A DNA stretch of 64,000 nt from Actinomycetota bacterium (GTDB lineage Bacteria; Actinomycetota; Actinomycetes; Mycobacteriales; SCTD01). The position numbers and the translations under genes were made by a program. Below, in pieces: positions 53,508 through 61,489 of this stretch (position 1 is its first letter; the number at the start of each line of letters is the position of its first letter). The stretch lies in contig JBKOVB010000113.1 in assembly GCA_046723735.1 (NCBI GenBank), positions 2,333 through 66,332 of the forward strand. The letters run 5' to 3'. The notes below the pieces were generated by a model. It saw only the letters and a list, made by a program, of their open reading frames with translations, had not been told where the DNA came from and made no database searches.

Positions 53508-56429
53508 TCACTCCGACACGCGGGTCGCCAGCGCCGGCAGGATCTTCGCGGCCCGGCGGGCCGGTGCCAGGGTGGCCAGCAGCGATGCGCCCAGCGTTAC
53601 GACCGCCATGACACCCACGGTCCCCCACATCACCGGGAAGCCGGTCTTGATGCCCGCGAACACGGAGCTCTTCTGGTAGATGAGCCAGGTCGTCAGCACG
53701 CCCAGCACCGAGCCGAGCACGATGCCTTCGAGGGCGACGAAGCCGCTCTCCACCAGGAACGACCGCTGGATGGTCGGGGCCCGGAAGCCCAGCGCCCGCA
53801 GGATCCCGATCGTGCGGCGCCGCTCCCGGACCGCGCGGACCATGACGACGCCCAGACCCGTGATGCCGACCAGCAGCCCGAGGGCGAGGAAGCCCTCCAT
53901 GAGCCGGAAGAACGCGAGGTTCGCGTCGAAGAGCCGGCGCACCGTGTCCGCCAGCGGCGTCGCCACGAGGCTGTGCTGCAGGTACCCGGCCTGCAGCTGC
54001 GCGCCGAACGCCTTCGGGCTCACGCCGGCCCGCGTGCTGACGAGCGCGCTCGCCACCCGCGCCGACGGGCCGAACTGCTGCTCCACCGCCGCCGCGCTCG
54101 TCACGAGCGGGAAGGACGTCGGGCTGAGCGGTGAGTAGAAGGCCTGCGCGTTGCTGAGGATCCCGGCGATGGTCTTGCGCGAGGACAGCCCGGTGCGCAT
54201 GTCGGTGACCGTGAAGGTGTCGCCGGGCTTGAAGAACTCGGCGCCTGGGCCCCCGGTGGAGCCGTAGAACGCGTCGACCGCGACGTAGTCCATGTGAGTG
54301 GCGATGGCCTGCCACACCTGGCGGTCGGTGGTGAGGCTCGACAGCCGCTTCTGGAACCGCATGGTCGCCATGCGATCCGGCGGCACGCCCACGACGAGGG
54401 TGTCGAGGGGCTCCGCGGTCCGACGCCCGGGGTCGCTGGCTCGGGCCGCCACGGAGGTCAACGGGGCGATGCCACTCACGTCGCCGCCGTACCGGCTCTG
54501 CAGGAGCGTGCTCACCGGGCTGTCGTCGCGCAGATCACCGTTGAAGTCCAGGCGTACGTCGTAGCCCGCGGTGGCCCTGGCGATCTGCCAGTCGACGCTC
54601 TTGGTCAGCACTCCGCTGATCTCCGTGAGCAGCACCAGGACGAGCACGACGATCGTGTACATGATCAGCGTGGAGCCGGTGCGGAACCGCTTGGCGAGCG
54701 GGTACGCCAGGCCGAGCCGACCGGCGAGACCGGCCTCGGTCGGGCGCTCCACCCACCGCCGTACCGGCCGCAGCAGCACGTGCTGGTTCTGGCTGAGCAG
54801 GATCACCGCGGAGAACGCGACGAGCGTCCCGAGCACGATGTAGACGGCCATCGAGGGCGTGTCGTAGAGCCGCGGCCGCAGCACGTTCGCGAGCAGCGTC
54901 CAGGCGAGCACGCCTGTGGAGGCCGCGGTGTACGCCGCGCGCCGGCCCCAGTACCTCGTGAGCAGCGGCGTCAGGCACAGCACCGCCAGCGACGGCAGCA
55001 GGAACACCCACAGCCCAGCACTGGAGACGACCGCGGGGACCGACAGCAGCCCGAGCAGCACCGCGGCGGTGGTGGACAGGCGAAGCGTCCGGCGCCGGGC
55101 GCGGGCCGCCGGCTCGACCTCGAGGTCCCGGATCGCCGCGATGATGTTGAAGCGGCTGATCCTCACGCTCGTGACCAGCACCGTCAGCAGCGAGATGACC
55201 AGCCCCATCGCGAAGCCGTTCACCAGGCTGGTGCGGGTGACCGCGAAGGTGACGTCCAGGCCGCTCGCGTCGACCGAGTACGAGTCGAAGATGCTCGCGG
55301 CGACCAGCGCCACCCCGCGCCCCACCAGCACGCCGAGACCCAGGCCCAGCACCCCGGCGACGACGGCGTAGACGCTGCCCTCCAGGGCGAACGCGCCGAC
55401 CAGCTCCGAGCGCTTCATCCCGGCCGCACGAAGCATGCCGAGCTGGCCCTTCCGCTCCTCGGCCAGCATCACGAAGATGTTCACCAGCAGCAGCGCACCC
55501 GCGATGATCGCGAAGCTGCCGATCATGAGGAACAGCGCTCCGAGGGTGTCACCGGTCTTGTCGGCCGCGGTCAGCACCTCGTCCTTGGGCGTCTCCACCG
55601 CCGCGACCGAGCCCAGCGGTCCGAGCGCTTCGCGGATCTCACGGACCACAGTCGGCGTGAGGTCGCGCCCCTCCACCACGCCTCCGCGGTTGGACACCCA
55701 GGTGACCAGCCGGGTCTCGGGCGCAGCGGCCGACAGCGTGCCGGCGGGCAGGAACGCGTTGCGGTTCTGGTTGGCGCCGAAACCCGTCCCGGCGAGCCCA
55801 CGCTCGGGGACGACCCGGCTCACGACGTACGACGAGGGGTGACCCGCGAGGTAGACCGTGACGCGGTCGCCGGCCCCCACCTCGAGAGACCGGGCCAGCG
55901 GCGCGTTGACGACGACGTGGCCGGGAGCGGGGGCCCGGCCGTCGAGCCCGGAGGGTCCGCCCTCGGCACCGAACTGCGCGGCCTGCGTGAAGTCCAGGTC
56001 CCAGGCGAGCACGCGCGGCTCGGCCAACGCCTCGCCGCTGGTCCGGCTGAGCGCCGCCGCCTGCTGGACGCGGGCGGTCAGCACGCCGTCGACGTCACGT
56101 GTGGCGTTCAGGTCGTCCCGGATCCGCTGGGCCACCTGCAGCCCGGCCGGACCGGACGAGGTCATGACCCGTTCGTCGACGGGTCCGAGGGTGCGGAAGG
56201 CGCCCTGGCGCACCGAGAAGCCCAGCGTGTCGCCCACGACGAGGGCGCCGACGATGATCGCCGTGCCGAGCATCGAGCCGGCCACGACGAGCAACGCCTC
56301 AGTACGGCGGCGGGTGATCTGCCTCAGCGCCAGGCGACGGAGCACGCTCTGCCGCACCACGCCGACGAGGAGCACGACGAGCGCGATCCCGAGGAGGACC
56401 AGGAGCGGAGCGGTGAGGCCGGGATACAT
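53508..56429 (-). CDS. Large FtsX/MacB-type ABC permease
   Basis: NIFVMLAEERKGQLGMLRAAG and RAVRERRRTIGILRALG. Confidence 0.9.
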   Translation of the reverse strand: MYPGLTAPLLVLLGIALVVLLVGVVRQSVLRRLALRQITRRRTEALLVVAGSMLGTAIIVGALVVGDTLGFSVRQGAFRTLGPVDERVMTSSGPAGLQVAQRIRDDLNATRDVDGVLTARVQQAAALSRTSGEALAEPRVLAWDLDFTQAAQFGAEGGPSGLDGRAPAPGHVVVNAPLARSLEVGAGDRVTVYLAGHPSSYVVSRVVPERGLAGTGFGANQNRNAFLPAGTLSAAAPETRLVTWVSNRGGVVEGRDLTPTVVREIREALGPLGSVAAVETPKDEVLTAADKTGDTLGALFLMIGSFAIIAGALLLVNIFVMLAEERKGQLGMLRAAGMKRSELVGAFALEGSVYAVVAGVLGLGLGVLVGRGVALVAASIFDSYSVDASGLDVTFAVTRTSLVNGFAMGLVISLLTVLVTSVRISRFNIIAAIRDLEVEPAARARRRTLRLSTTAAVLLGLLSVPAVVSSAGLWVFLLPSLAVLCLTPLLTRYWGRRAAYTAASTGVLAWTLLANVLRPRLYDTPSMAVYIVLGTLVAFSAVILLSQNQHVLLRPVRRWVERPTEAGLAGRLGLAYPLAKRFRTGSTLIMYTIVVLVLVLLTEISGVLTKSVDWQIARATAGYDVRLDFNGDLRDDSPVSTLLQSRYGGDVSGIAPLTSVAARASDPGRRTAEPLDTLVVGVPPDRMATMRFQKRLSSLTTDRQVWQAIATHMDYVAVDAFYGSTGGPGAEFFKPGDTFTVTDMRTGLSSRKTIAGILSNAQAFYSPLSPTSFPLVTSAAAVEQQFGPSARVASALVSTRAGVSPKAFGAQLQAGYLQHSLVATPLADTVRRLFDANLAFFRLMEGFLALGLLVGITGLGVVMVRAVRERRRTIGILRALGFRAPTIQRSFLVESGFVALEGIVLGSVLGVLTTWLIYQKSSVFAGIKTGFPVMWGTVGVMAVVTLGASLLATLAPARRAAKILPALATRVSE

Positions 56430-56435
56430 GGCGGC

Positions 56436-57149
56436 TCACCCCACAGGCTCCGGGACGCGCAGGACGTTCTCCACGAGCTCGCCGTCGCGCATCCTCACCA
56501 GCCGGCCGGCGCGCGCCCCGATGCCCGGGTCGTGGGTGACCAGCACGATCGTCTGGCCCTCCTCGGCGTTGAGCTCGCACAGCAGGTCCATGATCTGCTC
56601 GGCCATCCGGGAGTCGAGGTTGCCGGTGGGCTCGTCGGCCCAGACGATGGCCGGCTTGCCGACGAGGGCGCGCGCGACGGTCACGCGCTGCTGCTCGCCG
56701 CCGGACAGCTCGTTGGGGCGGTGCTGTGTCCGGTGGCCGAGCCCGACCCGCTGCAGCATCGCCTCGGCCCGGGCCCGCGCCTCGGCGAGCGGTACACCCG
56801 TGAGCAGCAGCGGGAGCTCCACGTTCTCGGTCGCCGAGAAGACGGGGATGAGGTTGAAGGCCTGGAAGATGAAGCCCATCGCACGAGCACGGTGCTCGGT
56901 CCGCTTCGCGTCCGACATCGCGAACAGGTCGTTGCCCTGCACGATGACGGTGCCCTCGTCGATGTCGTCGAGCCCGGACAGGCAGTTGAGCAGGGTCGTC
57001 TTGCCGGAGCCGGAGGCTCCCATCACGGCAACGAGTTCACCCGCGTCGACCCGCAAGGTCAGCCCCTTGAGCGCCTCCACCTCGACGCTCCCGGTGCGGT
57101 ACACCTTCCGCACACCGGTCGCCTGCAGCAGCGCGTCCGTAGTGGCCAT
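56436..57149 (-). CDS. ABC transporter ATP-binding protein (LolD/MacB-like)
   Basis: GASGSGKTT, LSGGEQQR, WADEPTGNLD. Confidence 0.95.
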   Translation of the reverse strand: MATTDALLQATGVRKVYRTGSVEVEALKGLTLRVDAGELVAVMGASGSGKTTLLNCLSGLDDIDEGTVIVQGNDLFAMSDAKRTEHRARAMGFIFQAFNLIPVFSATENVELPLLLTGVPLAEARARAEAMLQRVGLGHRTQHRPNELSGGEQQRVTVARALVGKPAIVWADEPTGNLDSRMAEQIMDLLCELNAEEGQTIVLVTHDPGIGARAGRLVRMRDGELVENVLRVPEPVG

Positions 57150-57224
57150 ACCTTCACCATCCCACGCCGCAGGCGCCGCCGTGCAGGAGACAGACGTCCA
57201 CCTGAGGGGGGACCTAGGTCATCC

Positions 57225-57650
57225 CTAGCCGGTCTTGGCGTCGATGCTCGCGACGTGCTCCTCGGTACGGCGCAGCAGCGTCTCGAGCTCGCGGCTCACC
57301 GCCAGGAGCTGCATGGTGAGCGACCGCAGCTCGGCGACCGACGCCGCGGTGCTGTGGACGTCTGTCGCCGCGCCGCGCGTGGTGGCCAGCAGGGACTGCG
57401 CGGCGGAGAGCAGCTGCGCCACCTGGGTCTCGTTGCGCTGCAAGCTGTCACGCGTGGTGGTCGCGATCGCGAGCTGGTCGCGCAGCACCCTCAGCTGCTC
57501 CTCCGCGGTGGCCAGCTGCTTGGACAGCAACGCCTGCTGGTCGTTGACGTCGTTGCGGACCTGGCGCAGCGGCACGAGGGCCGCCGACGCCAGGCCGAGC
57601 AGGAGCAGCACCGCGATGCTGATCGCCAGGGCGCGCGTGGCTCGGGTCAC
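57225..57650 (-). CDS. Single-TM coiled-coil hypothetical protein
   Basis: N-terminal TM then heptad-like Q/L/A-rich helix, ending HVASIDAKTG. Confidence 0.6.
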   Translation of the reverse strand: MTRATRALAISIAVLLLLGLASAALVPLRQVRNDVNDQQALLSKQLATAEEQLRVLRDQLAIATTTRDSLQRNETQVAQLLSAAQSLLATTRGAATDVHSTAASVAELRSLTMQLLAVSRELETLLRRTEEHVASIDAKTG

Positions 57651-57688
57651 GCACCCTCTCTACCCGGAATGTCCGGCGGTGACCAGAC

Positions 57689-58675
57689 CTACGGCGCCGG
57701 GTGGAACGCAGAGGGGCCGATGGCCAGCAACGAGCCGGGCCCTCCCGCGAGGTTCGCGCTTCCGGCGTACAGCACACCCCTGCCCCAGTCGAGGCCCGTC
57801 GGACCGGGCACGTCGGCCACCGAGACTGCGCCACCGCTGAGCCGGAACACGGTGTTCGCGAACAACGAGGCGGCGAAGATGGTGCCGTCGCCGGCAACCG
57901 CGACACCGGTCAGCGGCGGGAAGCCGCGGTGGGTCTCGACGATCGCACCGGTGGTGGCGTTGACCTTCCAGATGAAGCCCTCCACCTCGGCGCCGAGGCC
58001 GGACACGTAAAGGAACCCGTCCGGGCCGAGCGCGATCTCGGTCGGGACCGGGTCGCAGCCGCCGTTGGGCACGCCGTTGTTGGTGGCCGTGGCGCACTCG
58101 CCCGCGAAGCTGACCGGGAAGACGGTGAGCGTGCGCATCGCGCCGTTGGAGCGGATCTCCACGATGTCGTTGCCGGCCGCGTCACCGACCAGCACCCGGC
58201 CGGGCAGCGCGAGCACGGAGTACGGGTTGGAGATGGCGTCCTCGGTGTTCTGCGGCTGGCCGTCCGGGTTGTGCGCAAGCTCGTAGGCGAGCATGTTCGC
58301 GACCTGCTTGCTCGGTCCGCCGGGCGTGACCCGGCGCAGGGTCGTGGAGGTCGCCGCGAACGGGTCAGCTCCCTCGCTGAACGTGTAGTAGATCTGCTGG
58401 CCCTTGACCTCGACGCCAGGCGTGAAGCCCTGGTGCTGCACGACGGTCGTGACACTGCCCGTCCTGGTGTTGACGCGGTCGATCGCGCCGGCGAACGCGT
58501 CAGCCACGATCACGTCCCCGTTGGGTGCCACGGCGACGTGCAGCGGGCCGGCGAACCCCGTCGCGATGGTGCGGATGCCTTCCTGGGCGGACGCGGTGAC
58601 GGCCGGTACGGCGAGTGCTGCGACCAGCCCGGTCGTGGACGCGGCCACGACGGCTGCCCGGGTGAAGCTCTTCAC
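57689..58675 (-). CDS. Secreted ScyD/ScyE-family beta-propeller protein
   Basis: Signal peptide; E...NPDG....SNPY, DAAGND, VPT.IALGPDG.LYVS; GTG 58675 with AAAGGGGG RBS. Confidence 0.8.
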   Translation of the reverse strand: MKSFTRAAVVAASTTGLVAALAVPAVTASAQEGIRTIATGFAGPLHVAVAPNGDVIVADAFAGAIDRVNTRTGSVTTVVQHQGFTPGVEVKGQQIYYTFSEGADPFAATSTTLRRVTPGGPSKQVANMLAYELAHNPDGQPQNTEDAISNPYSVLALPGRVLVGDAAGNDIVEIRSNGAMRTLTVFPVSFAGECATATNNGVPNGGCDPVPTEIALGPDGFLYVSGLGAEVEGFIWKVNATTGAIVETHRGFPPLTGVAVAGDGTIFAASLFANTVFRLSGGAVSVADVPGPTGLDWGRGVLYAGSANLAGGPGSLLAIGPSAFHPAP

Positions 58676-58803
58676 GGTGCCCCCTTTCGGCCCCGGCCCC
58701 CTTGCCGACGCCCGTGCTGGGGAGGCTGCCGTAGGAATCACGGGGTAGGAAGGGAAGTGACGGGACAGGACCCGTGCGGTCACGCAACGTAAGAGGAGGC
58801 CCG

Positions 58804-59370
58804 ATGAGGCGTCTCGTGCACTTCGCGTCCGTCTCCGTCGACGGGTTCATGGCAGGTCCGCACGGCGAGCTGGACTGGTCGCTCGTCGACGAGGAGGTGC
58901 ACCTGCACTTCAACGAGGTGCTCGCGAAGATGGGGGCGTTCCTCGAAGGCCGGGTGACCTACGAGCTCATGGCGGACTTCTGGCCGACCGCCGACCGCAA
59001 CCCGGCGAGCACCCCCGCGATGCTGGAGTTCGCCGCCATCTGGCGTGACATGCCGAAGATCGTCTACTCCCGCACGCTGGAGCGCGCGGAGTGGGCCACC
59101 ACGATCCTGCGGGAGGTGGTGCCGGACGAGGTGCGCGCGCTCAAAGCCGAGCCCGGTGGCGACCTGGTGCTCGGCAGCGCCGACCTGGCCGCGACCTTCC
59201 TGCAGCACGACCTGGTCGACGAGCTCCGCTACTACGTGCACCCGGTCGTGCTCGGCCAGGGCAAACGCCTGCTCGGGCCGCGCGACGAGCGCCTTCCCCT
59301 GCGGCTGCTGGAATCCCGCACCTTCACGAGTGGCGTCGTCCTGCTGCACTACGAGCGCGTGCGGGACTGA
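58804..59370 (+). CDS. Dihydrofolate reductase family / RibD C-terminal domain protein
   Basis: SVSVDGFMAGP, GRVTYE, PKIVYSRTL, GSADLA..F...DLVDE...VHPVVLG.G. Confidence 0.9.
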   Translation: MRRLVHFASVSVDGFMAGPHGELDWSLVDEEVHLHFNEVLAKMGAFLEGRVTYELMADFWPTADRNPASTPAMLEFAAIWRDMPKIVYSRTLERAEWATTILREVVPDEVRALKAEPGGDLVLGSADLAATFLQHDLVDELRYYVHPVVLGQGKRLLGPRDERLPLRLLESRTFTSGVVLLHYERVRD

Positions 59371-59381
59371 GCAGCGCGCGC

Positions 59382-59851
59382 TCAGGGCGCGCCGAGCACG
59401 GGCGGGCGCGGGTGACCGGCCGCCTCGGCGAAAGCCAGGTAGGTCTCCAGGACCAGCGTGGCGTCCACGACGAGCTCGACCCTGCCGTCGGCGGCGAGGT
59501 TGAGGTTCGCCCCGTGCACCACGAACCACACCAGCGTCGGCTCGGCGTTGGTCTCGGGCACCGTCAGCGTGTGCAGCGACCCGGCCGGCTCGAACAGGTA
59601 CGACCCGGCGCGGTTCACCTCGTGGGGGTACTGGCGTAGAACCAGCTGCCCTGCTCCGTGAACGCGTACACCGGTCCCGTGTGGCGATGCGTCTGCACGA
59701 CCGTGCCCGGCGCGAAGCGGTTGCGGATGATCCAGATGCCCTCATCCAGGTCGACCTGCAGCACCTTGAGCTCGATGCCGTCCCCGAGGCCGACCCAGGG
59801 CAGGTCGTCGTCGGTGCGCAGCTGGGCAGGAGGTTGGACGAGTGCGGTCAT
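59382..59851 (-). pseudogene. 2,4'-dihydroxyacetophenone dioxygenase-family cupin split by a 1-bp frameshift
   Basis: THRHTGPVYAFT..G.W.Y in one frame and EVNRAGSYLFEPAGSLHTL in the next; one base missing at 59632/59633 (TAC GCC AG TAC CCC). Confidence 0.75.
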
Positions 59852-59884
59852 GCCCGAAGTGTCGCCTTCCGACATACCGCTGCG

Positions 59885-61342
59885 CTACCGGTCGGTGAAG
59901 ACCTTCTTGTGCGGGTCCCACGGGCTCATGCCCTGGCCGCGCTCGATGATCCGCACCGACTCGCCGGTGACCTGGATGTACGCGTAGCCCGCGTTGTCGC
60001 GCTCGTTGCTCTCGAGCACGTGGTTCTTGATGTCGACGACCGACCGCACGACGTACAGCCCGTCTCCGTCGCCGGCGAACTCGACGTACTGACCAGGGCG
60101 TTGCCAGCGGTAGACGTCGCCCCACCCGACGCTCAGGCCGAACGTGGAGACGCCGACCGAGCGCGCGGTGGTCGCGCCCTCGACGTACTGGCCCTCCTCC
60201 TGGCTGAAGGTGAACCAGTCGGCGAACAGCTGGTCCGCCGGGCTGAAGCCCGCCTTCGTGCCGCGGCCGGCGGGGGTGAGCCGGTGGCCCGGGCCGACCC
60301 GCCAGATCGTGTAGTCGAGGATGTCCTGGTAGTGGTAGTGCGCGTGCGTCTTGTGGAACAGGAAGCCGCCCGCCGGACGTGACGTGATGGACCCGTCGCT
60401 CCAGTGCAGGTACTGCGTGACCGGTCCCTCCTCCAGCAGCCCGAGCTCGTGCTCGTAGGGCACGTACCCGAGGTCCATCGGCCCGGTGCCCGCGTTGCGC
60501 GGCCCGGTCGTGAACCGCAGGCACCGCTTCGCGCCCTCCTCCGCCGCCTCGTCGGCCGCGCACGACAGCGGGTGGTAGCCCAGCACGTCCAGCGGCGGGT
60601 TGACGGTGTCCGGCGGGTAGAGGCCGTTGAGCGGGTTGGCCGGCGCGACGAACCCGAACTCGTACGGCGGCGTGGCCTGCAGGTTCGGCAGCAGCAACGT
60701 CTTCTTCTTGTACGACGGCAGCGGGCCTTCTTCCTTGGCGCGCAGCCGAAACCGGGCGTAGGCGGCGTCGCGCGGGACGACCCGCACCGTGTAGGTGCCC
60801 GCCGCAGGCATGGCAACGAACGCCTCGATGTCGAAGCGGTTGCTGTTGGTGGCCGAGCCGACGACGGTGCCCGCCGCGTCCTTCACCTCCACTGTGAACG
60901 ACGACTCGCGCGAGGGGGTGTCGAGCCCCACCCGGAGCCGGTGCGCCTTGCCGGTCAGCTGCACGGTCCAGCTCCAGCACCGGGTGACCTGGCAGGCCTC
61001 GTCGGTGGGCAGCTGCGTCGTGACGACGTGCTGCTCGACGTACCCGCCCATCCAGAAGACCGCGTCGCCGACCCGCAGCCGCCCCACCAGCGCCCCGTCA
61101 GGGGTCGGGGTCTGCTCGCTCTCCGCCTTCCCCCAGTGCGACAGCGTGTCCGTGACGCTGTCGGCTGCCGTACGCCGGTCGAGCCGGTGCGTGTCGGCGA
61201 GCGCTGCGAAGCGAGGGCTGAGGCCGTGACCGTCCGCGGCGACGAGCGGGCCCGCTGGCAGGCGGGAGCCGCCTGCGGCGAGCGCGTGGCCGGCGACGAG
61301 CAGGGCGAGGGCGGAGCTGCCGAGAAGGAGGCGGGGGCGCAT
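59885..61342 (-). CDS. Secreted lysyl-oxidase-family protein with N-terminal PPC-like domain
   Basis: Signal peptide; CLRFT...N.G.GP, FLFHKTHAHYH Cu motif, TKAGF, GLSVGWGDVY, Q......DG.Y.....D....V.ESNE.DN. Confidence 0.75.
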   Translation of the reverse strand: MRPRLLLGSSALALLVAGHALAAGGSRLPAGPLVAADGHGLSPRFAALADTHRLDRRTAADSVTDTLSHWGKAESEQTPTPDGALVGRLRVGDAVFWMGGYVEQHVVTTQLPTDEACQVTRCWSWTVQLTGKAHRLRVGLDTPSRESSFTVEVKDAAGTVVGSATNSNRFDIEAFVAMPAAGTYTVRVVPRDAAYARFRLRAKEEGPLPSYKKKTLLLPNLQATPPYEFGFVAPANPLNGLYPPDTVNPPLDVLGYHPLSCAADEAAEEGAKRCLRFTTGPRNAGTGPMDLGYVPYEHELGLLEEGPVTQYLHWSDGSITSRPAGGFLFHKTHAHYHYQDILDYTIWRVGPGHRLTPAGRGTKAGFSPADQLFADWFTFSQEEGQYVEGATTARSVGVSTFGLSVGWGDVYRWQRPGQYVEFAGDGDGLYVVRSVVDIKNHVLESNERDNAGYAYIQVTGESVRIIERGQGMSPWDPHKKVFTDR

Positions 61343-61489
61343 GGCGGTCTGGTTCGCGCCGCCACCCGCGGTCCCTGGACAGGTTGTGTGAAACCTCGGG
61401 AACAGGTGTGTTTCCGGATGCTCACAGTGGTCCGGCCGTCGGAGTGCGGGGGACCATACGACCGTGACCGCGCGGTGGGGCCGGCACCG

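Noticed and set aside
54294-58010. 1238-aa plus-strand ORF
   Set aside because: Antisense to the ABC permease, ATPase and neighbouring genes.
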